NCBI RefSeq assembly: GCF_001194135.2
Contig: NC_068985.1
Span: forward strand, 108,199,979 to 108,263,978
Length of the DNA stretch: 64,000 bases
Source: Octopus bimaculoides
Lineage: Eukaryota
Direction of reading: 5' to 3'
Positions within the stretch are counted from its first letter, which is position 1. Every line of letters starts with the position of its first letter. The notes beneath the pieces are model-generated. The model saw only the letters and a list, made by a program, of their open reading frames with translations. It was not told where the DNA came from and searched no databases. Shown here one piece after another: positions 26,378 through 39,598 of this stretch. The position numbers and the translations under genes are program-made.

Positions 26378-29300
26378 TGGGGACACGATGAAATTCTAGT
26401 GCGGACTGTGTGCTACAACAAAAACAATTACTGCTGACTTTTCTTTTTTCGGTGTTATGACAAAAAGAAAAAAAAAAAACAAAGAAAGAACAAAAAACAA
26501 AACAAAAAAAAACATGGTGTTGCCAGATATAGCTGTTTAGAATTTTCTGGACAACTGCGTCTTATTCTTCTGCAGAAAGAGGAATACAATCACTCCATGT
26601 TGATTAAATAACCTTTGGAATAAAGTTTGGCCGTCAAGAGATATTACACTATTGCATACATATACACTGAGTGGCTATTGAGACACAACTTGTGGGATTT
26701 TTTTTCACTCTTTTCCCAAGCCCCAATTTTTGTCTAGAGCTCGGGGTTTTGCAACAAGATGCAAACTATTTGGTTGCATCACCGGTAACTTGAGAGGCAT
26801 GTTCTAAAAAGGATTGGTCATTTGCCCCTACACGGGCTCACTAACTCTTCAGATACTTCAGTATGCCTTAGCTCACTTTCGGAGGTTTGTAGCAACATCA
26901 CCTGTATGCGCAGATACACAAGTCGCTTTTGGCTGTTGAAGGATGATGATCTTCAAAACACTCACTATCCTATCATATGGCTATGTATGATAAATATTTA
27001 TTGTGTTTAAAGTTATTGCTGTTTCGAGCGAGGTTTGATCTATTGCATAGAGACAATCCATATGTTAGTTTAAGAATTATTAACTGTAGTCATGTAAAAT
27101 ATTAAAAATGTTGATTAAACATATTTTCTTTCATTCAAACGATAAGACTTCGAGATCCCCGAATTGTTTGGAAGTTTAAATTTTCCAGAAAACCATTGCA
27201 GATTTTTCTCTAAAAAATCTTCAGCAGACTTTCAGCCAGGACAAAACAGTCTTCATTCCCATTCAATGGGTCAGAGATACCAGTGTGTCTTTGGTGTGTT
27301 CTGATTCATATTTTAGTTTTTACTTGTTTCACTCATAAGATTTTGGCCATGCTGGAGCGCTGCCTTAAAGAATGCATTAAAAACATGTTGCTCGATTCTA
27401 TTTGACAAACGACTAAGTTACGGAGCGTAAAGCAATCAATATCAGTTGTCAAGCTGTGGTAGGGACAAATGCAGACACAAAGACACAAACGCGCGCACGC
27501 ACACGCATCTATCAGTTTCGCTCACAAGGCATTGGCTGGTCCGGAACTATAGTGGAAGACAATAGTTCCAGACTATATTGAACTGGAAAACAGATGTTTG
27601 TAAAGCGAGTTTGTTAACCAAACAACTAAGCAGGTTGATATATGAAAATTGATAAATAAATCTTTCATAAATTGCAATATTATGAATATAAATAAATGAA
27701 ATAATTATCTACTTACCATGTATCACTATCGCTGAAAAAGCAAAAACAATAAAAATATTATAGCGATATGAAAATATATAAATAATTAGACTCACATACG
27801 CTTAAAGAATAACAAATAGAAACCAACACAAACCATATTGTATAGTTAGTTTAGGACTGAAGATCATTGATTATTGCAGATGGGCCTTCTGATCAAAAGT
27901 ATTTGATCCTTCCATCAGAAGAGTTAGATTAAGCATCACGAATTAATTAAGCATTCTTTAGAACAACGAATGTCCGTCCAGTATGTGTATGTACTTTCGA
28001 CACTGTCATTATTGTCTGGCTTAAGTGACGAAGACAATATCACATCGTGTTCCACTATGTATACTTGGGCAATATGCACTCGCATTATAATGAAATGTCG
28101 TGTGAATTTGACATAAACTTTTGTATTAGCTGTTGTCGTTCTCTGTTTTTATCATCGTAATCATTGCCGTATACGCACACGCACAAACGCGTATGTATAA
28201 TATCAGGTCATCCCATAAGTTCTGTCCGAATTTTGAATAAAGAAAACAAGTGATCAAATGTTATATTTAATTGAAATTGAATCATCAATGTACTTTCCCT
28301 GATTATCTATGACTTCTTTCCATCTATTTACAAGCTTTTTAATCCCTTCATTGTAAAACTCTTTTGATTTCAAAGCGAAGAACTCCTTTCCAAGTTGTTG
28401 AAGATGACGATGAACAGTTGTATGGTTTGAACTAAGCTTTATTGCCAATTCTTCAACTAATAACGCAGGATTTTCTTCAAGTAATGCCTCAAAGAGCTTA
28501 TCATCAAACTCAACTGGACGTCTTGTTCGATCTTCATCTTCAAGGCAGAAATCTCCACTTATGAATTTTGCAAATCATCTTCTGCAAGTTCTTTCATTCA
28601 AGCATTCTATCCCATAAACTGAGCGTATGTTTCGAGTCGCTTCGGCTGCAGAGTTTTTTTTTGCACTCATAAAGCATTATGTGTCTTAAATGCTCTTTGG
28701 ATACTTCAATGTTAGAAAGGGTTTTAGTCAAAGAAATTTAAATTCTATTATTCTGTAAAATAATATTTAATTAGTTTAAATGCACACAAATGCATAGAAA
28801 TAATTTTTAATTCCATTAGACATTCTAAAATACTATTAAAAAAAAGGTAAAATCGGAGAGAACTTATGGGATGACCTGATACTTCTATTGAATAGCACAG
28901 GGTGAAATCTGAAGGTGGACGAGCTTTATGCTGTATTCTACTACGTTCTTATCAGAATATATCATAACTTTTTCACTCCTTTTCAAAGACCCAACTGTTA
29001 TCTGGAGATCGGTGCTCTACAACGAGACACAAGCTACTTAACTTCGTCATCATTATCCTGAGATGAATTTTTTGGAAAGGATTGTCTGTTCATTCGCCCC
29101 GACGCATACCCACATTTTGTTATTCAGTTAGTTCAGCACGCGTTAACTCGATTTCAGAGGCTTGTAGCAACATCATGTGCATGCGCAGATGACGCACTCG
29201 TCGTGGTGCATTTCTACATCAGCTGAGAAGAGAACGGGGGATTTCCCAATGCTGTGACCCGTGGCGTTATGATGCTGTTGAGAAAAGACCCGAACAAGTA

Positions 29301-32300
29301 GGACCAAATATTGGGCCCATAACTCATTACATTTTTGCCTGGCTTGCCACCTTCTTTTTTTGCACATGTAAAATATTAAAATGTATTTTACTTAATTATT
29401 AATATTTTCTTTTATTCAAACAATAGGACTTCGAGATCCCCTTGAAAGTTTAACAAATTCCAGAAAACCATTGCAAATCTTTCACTAAAAGATCTTCAGC
29501 TGTCTTTCAGCCAAGACAAGAGAATCTTCATTCCTATTCAATGGGCCATAGATACAAATGTGTCTTTGGCATATGCTGATTCATATTTTGGCTTTTACTT
29601 GTTTTCTCATAGAATTCCGGCCGTACTGGAGCACTGCCTTAAAAGATGAATTAAATACAAATTGATCCCATTGATTATTCTAAAGTCTACTACTTATTCT
29701 ATCGACCATTTTGCCAAACGACTAAGTTACAGGGACGTAAAGAAAACGATATTGGTTGTCAAGCTGTGGTGGGGACAAATGCATTAAGACTGAACCCGAA
29801 AACAGGTTCAGTCTCACGACACGGGTGCAAAGCGAGCTTGTTAATCACATAACCAAACTTGTTTACTTATAAATTTTGATGAATATGACTTTTATTAAAT
29901 GCAGTATTGTGAATTTAAATATATTATGAAATAATTATCTACTTACCTTGATTCACAAATCCTGAAAAAGTAATAAACATATTATAGGGATATGAAAATA
30001 AGAAAATATAAATAATTATGTTCAAATATATTTGAAGAATAATCACTACATATAAACAATATTGTATAGTTGGTTTAGGATTAAAGATCCCTGATTATTG
30101 CAGATGAACCTTCTGATCAACTATATCTAATCCTTCTACCAGAAGAGAGAGATTAGGCATTACATATTACTCAGCCATTCTTTTAAGAATGAAAGCCCGT
30201 CGAGTACGTGTATGTACTTCAAACTTACTTCAAACTGGAACTTATTTCGACGGTGCTATATTGTCTGATTTTAGTTACAAAGCCAATATTACACGATATT
30301 CCACTAAAAAATTATACCTACATGAGTATTGAAAGAAATATCGTGTGAATTTGACAAATTCGACAAAGTTTTTGCAGATATTTCGACCACGTAGAGGTTT
30401 GTTTTTTGGCTTGTGTTTCCTCTAAATATTTGTTGTCATCGATCTTTGCTGTCATTCATTCCGAAGGCACCAATCTCATCCCCTAAGGCATCAATCCCAT
30501 GCAAAACATCAATCCTGCATAAGAAGTTTTGAAGTTTCAATGGCATTGCGCCCAGCGCTCCGATCACCACTGGCATCACTTTTACATTACTCTCTCGCAT
30601 TCCGTACAGTCTTGCAATTTCCACTTTCAATTCGGAGTACTTGGTGATTTTTTCAACCTCTTTACTCACAACATTTATGTCATTTGGTATGGCTACATCA
30701 ATGATCTGACAGTATTTGTCTCTCTTATTCAATAAGACAATATTCGGCCGACGGTGTTCGATTACACGATCCGTCTGAAAATCATAGTCCCAGAGTATCG
30801 TTACTTTTCCATCCTCCTGCATAACTTTACTTGGTACATGCTCATACCAGTTCTCTGTTACTTCATATTGATATCTACGGTATTTTCATTCTTACTGGGT
30901 TACTTGAGTGTATAGCTGACACTGGAGAAATTCTCGACTTCGACCACGGTGTTGCTTCAGTCACCTCTTTCAGTGGACTTTAAAGAATTATGAATAATTA
31001 CCGAAAGTCCTTGGCCCAGAATGCCTCATTTTAGTCGATAGCAGCCTTAACTATGCAAAGTATGCGTAGTGTTATGGACTCGTTTTTACCGTTTACTTCA
31101 GTTTCCGTACATTGCTGATTTGTGGGTTTGTGTAAAAAGTTTGTTACCATATGTAAGACGGATCTGGCTATCAGCCGAGTCTATAGTGTAAACTTCATCT
31201 AATATCTCCATCGGCTCGATAGAATAAGTCCCATTAATACAATGGAGTTAGTTGGATTTCCTATACCACTTCCCTATAAAAACTGGTCTTGTGCTTCATG
31301 GCTACAACTAAAAATAAATGCAAAAAAAAAATATATAGACGAGCAAGCAAAAATCTTAGCTACAAACGTAAAAGAAAATAAGTTGTCTGATTTAAAGATG
31401 ACTTGAATTGATTTATGAATGAAAGAGATAATATAGTATTGGTGTTTCAAGCAATCCAAATTTGAACATACTTACGTGAAGGAAGGTATTCTGCAAAGGA
31501 AGAGAAATATGAAAATTGAACAAATGATTAATCTCAAAATATAATTTATGGTATGAAATAATAAAACATAAAGAAAAATGTACCAGAAGAGAAAGCGGTT
31601 TCATCATTTTTTAAGCACTTACATAGATAATGTTATGAGAATGTATTTTTCTTAATTGTAATATTGTAATAATTAAGTTTTAGTTATCTTTGGATTGAAA
31701 ATGTTTAGCCCATTGGTTGGTTGTGAACCAGTGAAGTCACCATATATATAGTCACCAATTAATCTCAAAGAAAAAAGTGTTGCCTTAGAGTTACCTCCTC
31801 TTTGCTTCCCTCGGCTCAGAGAAATTACTACCTTAGACGAGAAGATACTTGCATTTGGGGGAGAAACAATGCTAGATTGTTCTGGAAGTGCCTTAGAGTA
31901 TAAAAGACAGTGGCTGAAAAGTGAGGGACGACTTTGGATTATATAGCTTTCAAATCTATGCTCGCTGCCAAGACCATTCGTCAACCGTCATCTTCGGCAT
32001 TGAAATCTCTGTGATCGAGAACCTACATCTTCATTCAATACTTCTTGGACTTATGACTCTGGTGATTATTTTACTTTGTCCAGTATTTGACTATCGATCC
32101 AATTATTTTGCATCAAGTCTGTACTGCCATCATTGTAAACTTTATCATGTTTTTCAATACATAACTGAATTGTATAGACCTGTTTGCTTTCCTTGCTGGT
32201 TTCGATTGCGGACTTTTCAATAAAAATTTTTCCTTATTTTGGGTGTACAGCATGTTACATACTAGGATAGCGATTATTCTGAAAATGTTTGCTGGATCAG

Positions 32301-33792
32301 TCTAAAATACGATTAATGTAGTATTATGTATTTTTAGAATATACTACGTAATTAGTCTTTCCTACATTGCACAGTAAGTATAATTCAGTTATATCTTACC
32401 ATCAACTATATTTCTTTTCCACATCAGAGAAATTTTATTAAGAATGGTCATAAAAAAATAGGGGAGAAATAAAGAAATTGTGAAGGAGGATTTATGAATC
32501 TAACATTATTGAAAATCATCATATTTTTTTATTCCAATACTATTAAGTCGCTTATCTCTCAACCGTTAGTCAGAGTTTATTGCTGTCAATGTTTGATACG
32601 ATGAACATAAATTTGGTGAGGTAGATCAATGAGATGTGGACAGAGTGGTTACGTATTGTAGAGAAGCAACCTGCTGTTTGTAACAACGATCCCTTGAGCT
32701 GGTTTAAGCTACCATGCCTATCTATTTGGTAGCTTTCTTCAGTTACATATTTACATATTTTGGTAGATTTCTTCAGTTACGTATTTAAAACCCAGACACA
32801 ATGTGATAATATCTATGATCTCTGCTTATGACTTTCAACAAAATTTCATAGATGAACCAAGGGAGCATTCAAAGGAGACCTTATGACAACCATATCCTCA
32901 GCGTAGTGAAGAACAGTGGTACACTGCTGTGATTGTAGCTATGGTGAGATTTATTGATAATACTTTAATCGTTACTATAAATAGCTTAAAGTATATAAAC
33001 GATAATGTAATTTTCTAGATATTATATATGAGTAAATTTATGTTTTTTATATTCTGAAATATGTTTCGGAAATTTCGTGTTATCTTATGTATTTATTACT
33101 AATTTTAAAAGTTTAAAAGCAGAATATTGGATAATTTATCAAACATGTCACATAAAAAGTTTCATCGTATTTTATGAATTAACCGACGCATTTACAAAAA
33201 CAAAAAAAAAACCCAAAACAAGACAAAAACAAAACAAAACATAAAACCCCAAAACTCGTCATTTTTCAATAAAGTTTCATAAAATTCTATACATTTTATC
33301 CGTAATTTCTACAGGTTGTATTTAAGCGAAAATATTACATATAGAACGAAATCTAGGATAGTAGTGCTAAACTTTTTACATTAATCATTGCAGATCTGTA
33401 CGTTTGATACCTAGCTGTAGAGCATGGCAATCATGGATACATTTAGATAAATAATAACATATAATTTTAGATTTTATAATTTAAACAACCATAACAAATT
33501 CATTTCAACAAGACGTATATGGTAAAGTCATCTCAGTTTAAATATTTCGTTATCATGACCTCAGGAGCTTGTCATTAAAGTGGTATGAATGATAAAATTA
33601 CCTTCTTCAAACAGTTCTTCATTCACTTTGTATTTAGTGACAACCATTGATGTTAATGGAGTTACGAAATTATACTGTGAAAAACAAGAATATTAGTTTT
33701 AGGACAACAGTAGTATTAATAAGGAAACTATACATGAAATATTTCCATCATCGACATTACATTTCTTACGTTTAGATTGCTTATCATTATTA

Positions 33793-33852
<60 letters not shown>

Positions 33853-34187
33853 GAGTAATCAAGAAAATGTAATACTACATGGTGGAAAGGTGAGCTGATT
33901 AGGGTTGATTAATCTTTTCATCATCGATATTTCATCCCTTAAGTTTTCGTAGACGTTATTTTTAGATAGCTTCAAGAGTTGTAAAAATAGGCAAAATTGT
34001 AATCGATTGAATGTAATACATTATTTACTTGCATTCATATTTGTTCTAAATCCATTTCTTACGATGTCCAAATTCGCATTTTGTTTTTCTGAGAATCTTT
34101 ATGTAATAATAACCGAAAGAAATGTTGGTGGATTGATCGGTTGAATGATTTGTCTAGTCACGCTTTACATGGTGTATAGAGAACGGA

Positions 34188-34285
<98 letters not shown>

Positions 34286-34342
34286 NNNNNNNNNNNNNNN
34301 NNNNNNNNNNNNNNNNNNNNNNNNNNNNNNNNNNNNNNNNNN

Positions 34343-34383
<41 letters not shown>

Positions 34384-36246
34384 AATAATAGGGAGATGTA
34401 GAGAAAGTTAACATAAGATGTGCTGCATGAATGCACATACTAGATTAGTGACAGGCAATGAGTAAGAGAACATACAATGAAAGAAAAATGATTCAAAGAC
34501 AAAGGTGGTGCTGAGAAAGTATATGTATGTATGCATGTATGTATGTATTATGTATGTATGTATGCGTGTATGTATGGATGGTTTTATGTATGAATAGATG
34601 GATAGATGGATGGAAGGATGCATGCATTTGTGTATGTTAATATTGTTATATCTAATTTTATTCCAATATATTAACTTTTTTTTATTTTGAAAAGGAGCAT
34701 TCTTTTCATTATTTTGTATAAACACACAATAATTTGATGGAAGTTAGATTATAATTAAGTAATATTCGTAGCCACTTTAACATGATTGCCCGTTCGAGCG
34801 GGCTCTACTGCGACTTTTTAACCCCAAGAGGACATCTCCTCTAGCTGGTTAACGATGCACAGCTGCATCCGATAAAATTGTGAGCAGGGGTGCGAACCCC
34901 TACCATCTCCTAGCAACGGGACAAGTAGACCAGTCCTGGTTTCGAGCTATTTCTGCCACTCCTCAATACTGGACACTTTGTCTGCCAAAGATGATGGCAG
35001 CACTCTACTCTACGCAATATGTATATATTTCAAGCGAACACACAGCCGCTGATTTTGCAACAATTTTACTTGTTCGGCAAAATGAGTCCGATACAACAGA
35101 TACCAGATTTGAAAAATAAGTACTCTTGTCGAGCAGACTTAATTAAACTTTCATGAGGTGCCCCAGCATGAACGCAGGCAAATAAGTGAAATTAGTAAAA
35201 GAATAAAAGTGCATTTATCAGACATTGACTGACATCGATAACTAATAACAAATAAATTATATTATTTTTAAAAATATTATTAAAATAAAGATGTAATTGA
35301 TAATGATATCCTTTTTACTCACCTTTAGAGCTAAATTAAGAATATCATGACGCACTTCATTTGTTTCGTCTTCCATGAGAAGTTGTCTCAAAGTGAGATA
35401 AGCATAAGTCTTTTCAGTAATTTCAGAAAATGACTGAATACTAGTCAAACTGGAATTTTGCGAAAAACCATCATCTGAGGTAAAGTCATCTCCATATAAT
35501 TCTAGCTCCAAATTTTCCTTATTTGGCCCCAAGTGGTTTGTCATTGTTAAACTCACATTTATAGTTGGTCGGTATTCTTGCGGCAAAACACCGGAAACAA
35601 CTAATTCTGATCCTTTGAAGTAGTTGCTAAATGATGTAGAACTAGTATTAACAGCATCATCTAAGTAAACAAATGTAATATCCTTTAATAAAATGTTAGA
35701 TATTTCTTTAAAAAGATTTTCAATTTGAAGTTTACTGTCAGAGTCTATGTAGATCCTCCTATTAAATCCTCCGTTTTCTGTGGCAAGCTTACGAAAAAAA
35801 TTATTGATAGATTTTTCTCCGAAACAAAGGGTGAATAATGAAATCTCTTCGTTGGCTTCTCTGAAATTTTTCTTGATTTCTTCGAGGTTAGTGACTCCTT
35901 CTGTTGGATATCCGTTAGTAAGAAATACGATAATACTTTTCTTCGTAGAGGTTGAAGTTGATTTGTGTTTCTCTACACTTTGAAGGAGAGCAGCGTTAAT
36001 GTTTGTACCTGAGAAAAAAGTAAAATTACATATTCAGAAAAAAATAACAGAATGTTTGTACTAATAAGGAATTAGGATCATCAATACAAACTTTATAAGA
36101 AAGCATCCCAGACGTATAATTCAAAATTAACCGTAACCAAATCGTTTGGCATGAAAAGATGAATTTAATCATTAGATGTTAAAATGTGAAACTATTTTAA
36201 AATGTTTAAGCAACATGCGAGTTCAAGATAAAAGTTCCATAACAGC

Positions 36247-36291
<45 letters not shown>

Positions 36292-36292
36292 A

Positions 36293-36357
<65 letters not shown>

Positions 36358-36989
36358 TTCTTTTATTGGCCATAGGAGCCCAAAACATAGGGGACAATAT
36401 CGAAGACGAGTTGCAACGCAAAACAATTTACGACAACGTGGGGTTAATAATAATAATAATAATAACAACGACGACGACAACGATGAAGATAATGATGATA
36501 ATGAGGATGATGCGGATGAGGATGAGGATGATGACAACGACGCTGAGCTATTATGCAATTACAGATATAATTCATTATTACCGTATAAGGTAGTGTGAAA
36601 TTTTCAGCGCAAAAACCAACGAACGTTGTGTATTTTTGTGTAGTTTTGTTCATGTCTCGCTTCCCTTTTCTCTGTGTGTTTCTATGCATTACCACCGTAT
36701 TACTTGTATGTAAGGTTTCATTCCTTTGAAGTCACTGTCTTTTAATGTGTTGCTGTAGTAATGAGCAACTCGGTTTGAAGAATCAAGGGAAATCTGTTTA
36801 TAAGAAAAGACATTTTTCCAATATTATATTTTTTTTCTAATATCTTTAAATATATACTTCCCATCGTGTATTAATTCCGTTTTAACTTACTCCATTTTAT
36901 TCTTTCATATTTACTTACATACATACGTACGTATGTATGTATGTATGTATGTATGTATGTATGTANNNNNNNNNNAAAACTACTGAACC

Positions 36990-37025
<36 letters not shown>

Positions 37026-39502
37026 GGACTGTAATACTTAGTAATAAGAGCTTTAAAATAGGGACATGAAGGACCATTATCAAATAGTGGACTTACATTT
37101 TAACATTCTGAATAAAAGTAAATTCAATAGTTGGAAAGTAAAAGGTGGCGAGCTGGCAGAGTTGTTAGCACGCTGGACGGAATATCTTAGCGGCATTTCG
37201 CCCGTTGCTACATTCTGAGTTCAAATTCCGTCGATGTCGATTTTGCCTTTTTGCCTTTTATCCTTTCGGAGTCGATAAATTAAGTACTAGTTGCATACTA
37301 GAGTAGAAAAGAATATTTAGAGTGTAAGACAAAGGATGCCATACTGAAGAGGAAAACTAATAGGTTGGGAATATAAGTTAATGACGGCTACTGCAAAGCT
37401 GGTTAGCGGCTAAATACAACGAAACTTCATCACAACTTCTAAAGGAAGTGTTGGCACTGCAACGTCTGCCAGCAATCACACTAACATATTATAACATGAC
37501 ATATATGAGAGTAAAAAGAAGTAAGCTAGCAAAACAGCTTCGTCCTTATCTTCTGGATACGGAATGTAAAATGATAATTTAAGAACTAAATAAAGTATGT
37601 AGCAAAAAGGAACTTTGCCGATAATTTGAAGAACTATATATATCCATGAACTCACGATAATAGAATTAAAGTTAACCCTGAGTCTTCTTCCTTAATATGA
37701 TCTAGTAAAATTTAACGATATTGATAGATTGTAATGCAATGATAAACAAAATTCGATATAAATATAATAATTTTTTTTTAACTTACTTCCATTGGTTTGA
37801 AGTTCCTTAATGTAATTTTTGCCTAATTTTTTGTTAAGATTGTTTGATATTAAAAATTCGTCCTTCATCCACGAAACGCCACTACTGAATGTTCCGATGA
37901 GAAATTTATCAAGTTCTGAATCGAGTTGATCAAGGATATTTTCCATAGCTTCGCTCATTTGTTCAATTTTACGACCAGACATTGATGCACTGATATCAAG
38001 CATAAATACAATGTGCTTTGGAAGACTTGGTAAGGAATCAGGAGTGAAGAAGTGCACAAAGTAGCCATCAACTGCCTGCGAATTTTGAAGAGAAAATAGA
38101 ACATGATGGTTTATTTTAATAACATTTTACGGGAAATTATTCCAACTATTTAGTATGAGATATTGCTAGCAGATATGATAATATTTAGTCACAATATACA
38201 GCATATCAAATATATAGTAATTGTAGTCCTGTTATCAGAAGAGAAATAGATTTATTTATGTTAACAACAAAATAAAAGATAACCCACTGTGCAGTTTGGA
38301 ATACCAGTATGAACCTTCGATTAATTCTTTTATCTAATCCAGAAGACACATACTTATAGATGTGTTCAACAACGTCCACTACATTCTCAGATCAAAGATA
38401 ATTTACCGTACATATCATTTTACTAGGTCTTTGGATTTTGTTATATAAATCTGTATATAGTCGGCTCTTTGCTTAATTTTCAAGATTTTATTTATCTAAT
38501 GAAAATGGTTAATTGTTAAACACTCAGCCGCTGCCACGTTTCTACCATCGTCATTTTAGAAGTTGTCGCTATTCTCCATGACTGTCTCTTGATGTTTAAA
38601 CCACCAAACAAACATAACAAGAAATCGATACCACAGTTTTAACCTAGTATTTCAATTCTCATTTCGTTTTCCTAATATGCACGCATTAAAAAATATTAAA
38701 AAAAACACTTACATCAACGCAGAAGTTAATAGCTTAGCTGAGTAATGTTTTTAACAAGTAAAATGTTGCCTCAATTGATCATCGCAAATTTGCCTTCATA
38801 TGTGAATATTTATCCTTCACCCCACAGTAAAATTTGACACCCCAATATCCAGTTGAAGTAGTCTATAGGGTGACACTTCAAGTACTAGACAAATCTTATA
38901 ACAAGTTAGCAATAGTTGCTTGCTTTTTTGATGAATAATCGCTTAATGTCAAGGATGCTCTTCTGGGTGCAATTGTAGTAGAAAATGGTTCGTCTCAGGG
39001 TTTGTACACTGCTGTCAAGTCTACGCTTACAAAAGATGTATCTATGAACAACAAACTTGGATTTGCCAGCGATCTTCCAAGATACTTAACATCTAGCTAC
39101 CAAGGCTATTAATTTGTGAAAAATGCCCCTTAGAGACCCTGAGAGATCCTGTGAGAAATTTGAAAACCGGTTGCCGTCCGCTCTCACAAAATTAACCGGA
39201 GCAAGTAAGATCGAGGAACCAAATCAATATAACATATGCGTTCAGTGGTGGGGGTTTTGCATTTCGAATGCACTCTGGAGCCTGAATGGTAAGCATCTCA
39301 TCGACTCAGAAAGGACGAAAGGCAGAATCAGTCTCAGCGATATAGCTATGCATATATACAATCATGTATGGATATAGGTATATAAGACGAAAATACATAA
39401 AGTATATTCCAATACACATACATAGACATATGGAAGCACGGGCACATTTAAAAATGACGAAGAAAGTGAATGGGAGAGATAATGAGATAAAGAGAGTAAG
39501 GG

Positions 39503-39598
<96 letters not shown>

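Larger units (their letters stand above)
26800..30400. repeat. Tandem duplication of an ~1.3-kb unit (about 26800-28150 and 29100-30400), each copy carrying a micro-exon
   Basis: Shared blocks such as 'taagacttcgagatcccc', 'ccagaaaaccattgca', 'ataattatctacttacc', 'gaatttgaca'. Confidence 0.85.

Noticed and set aside
27782-27836. Apparent signal-peptide-like mini-ORF (MVCVGFYLLFFK) upstream of M3
   Set aside because: The paralogous position near M2 lacks the ATG, and the gene 2 signal exon is found at 5186-5266; better explained as intron
32400-32413. Candidate 14-nt micro-exon with a GTAAGA donor
   Set aside because: Not a multiple of 3 and has a purine-rich acceptor
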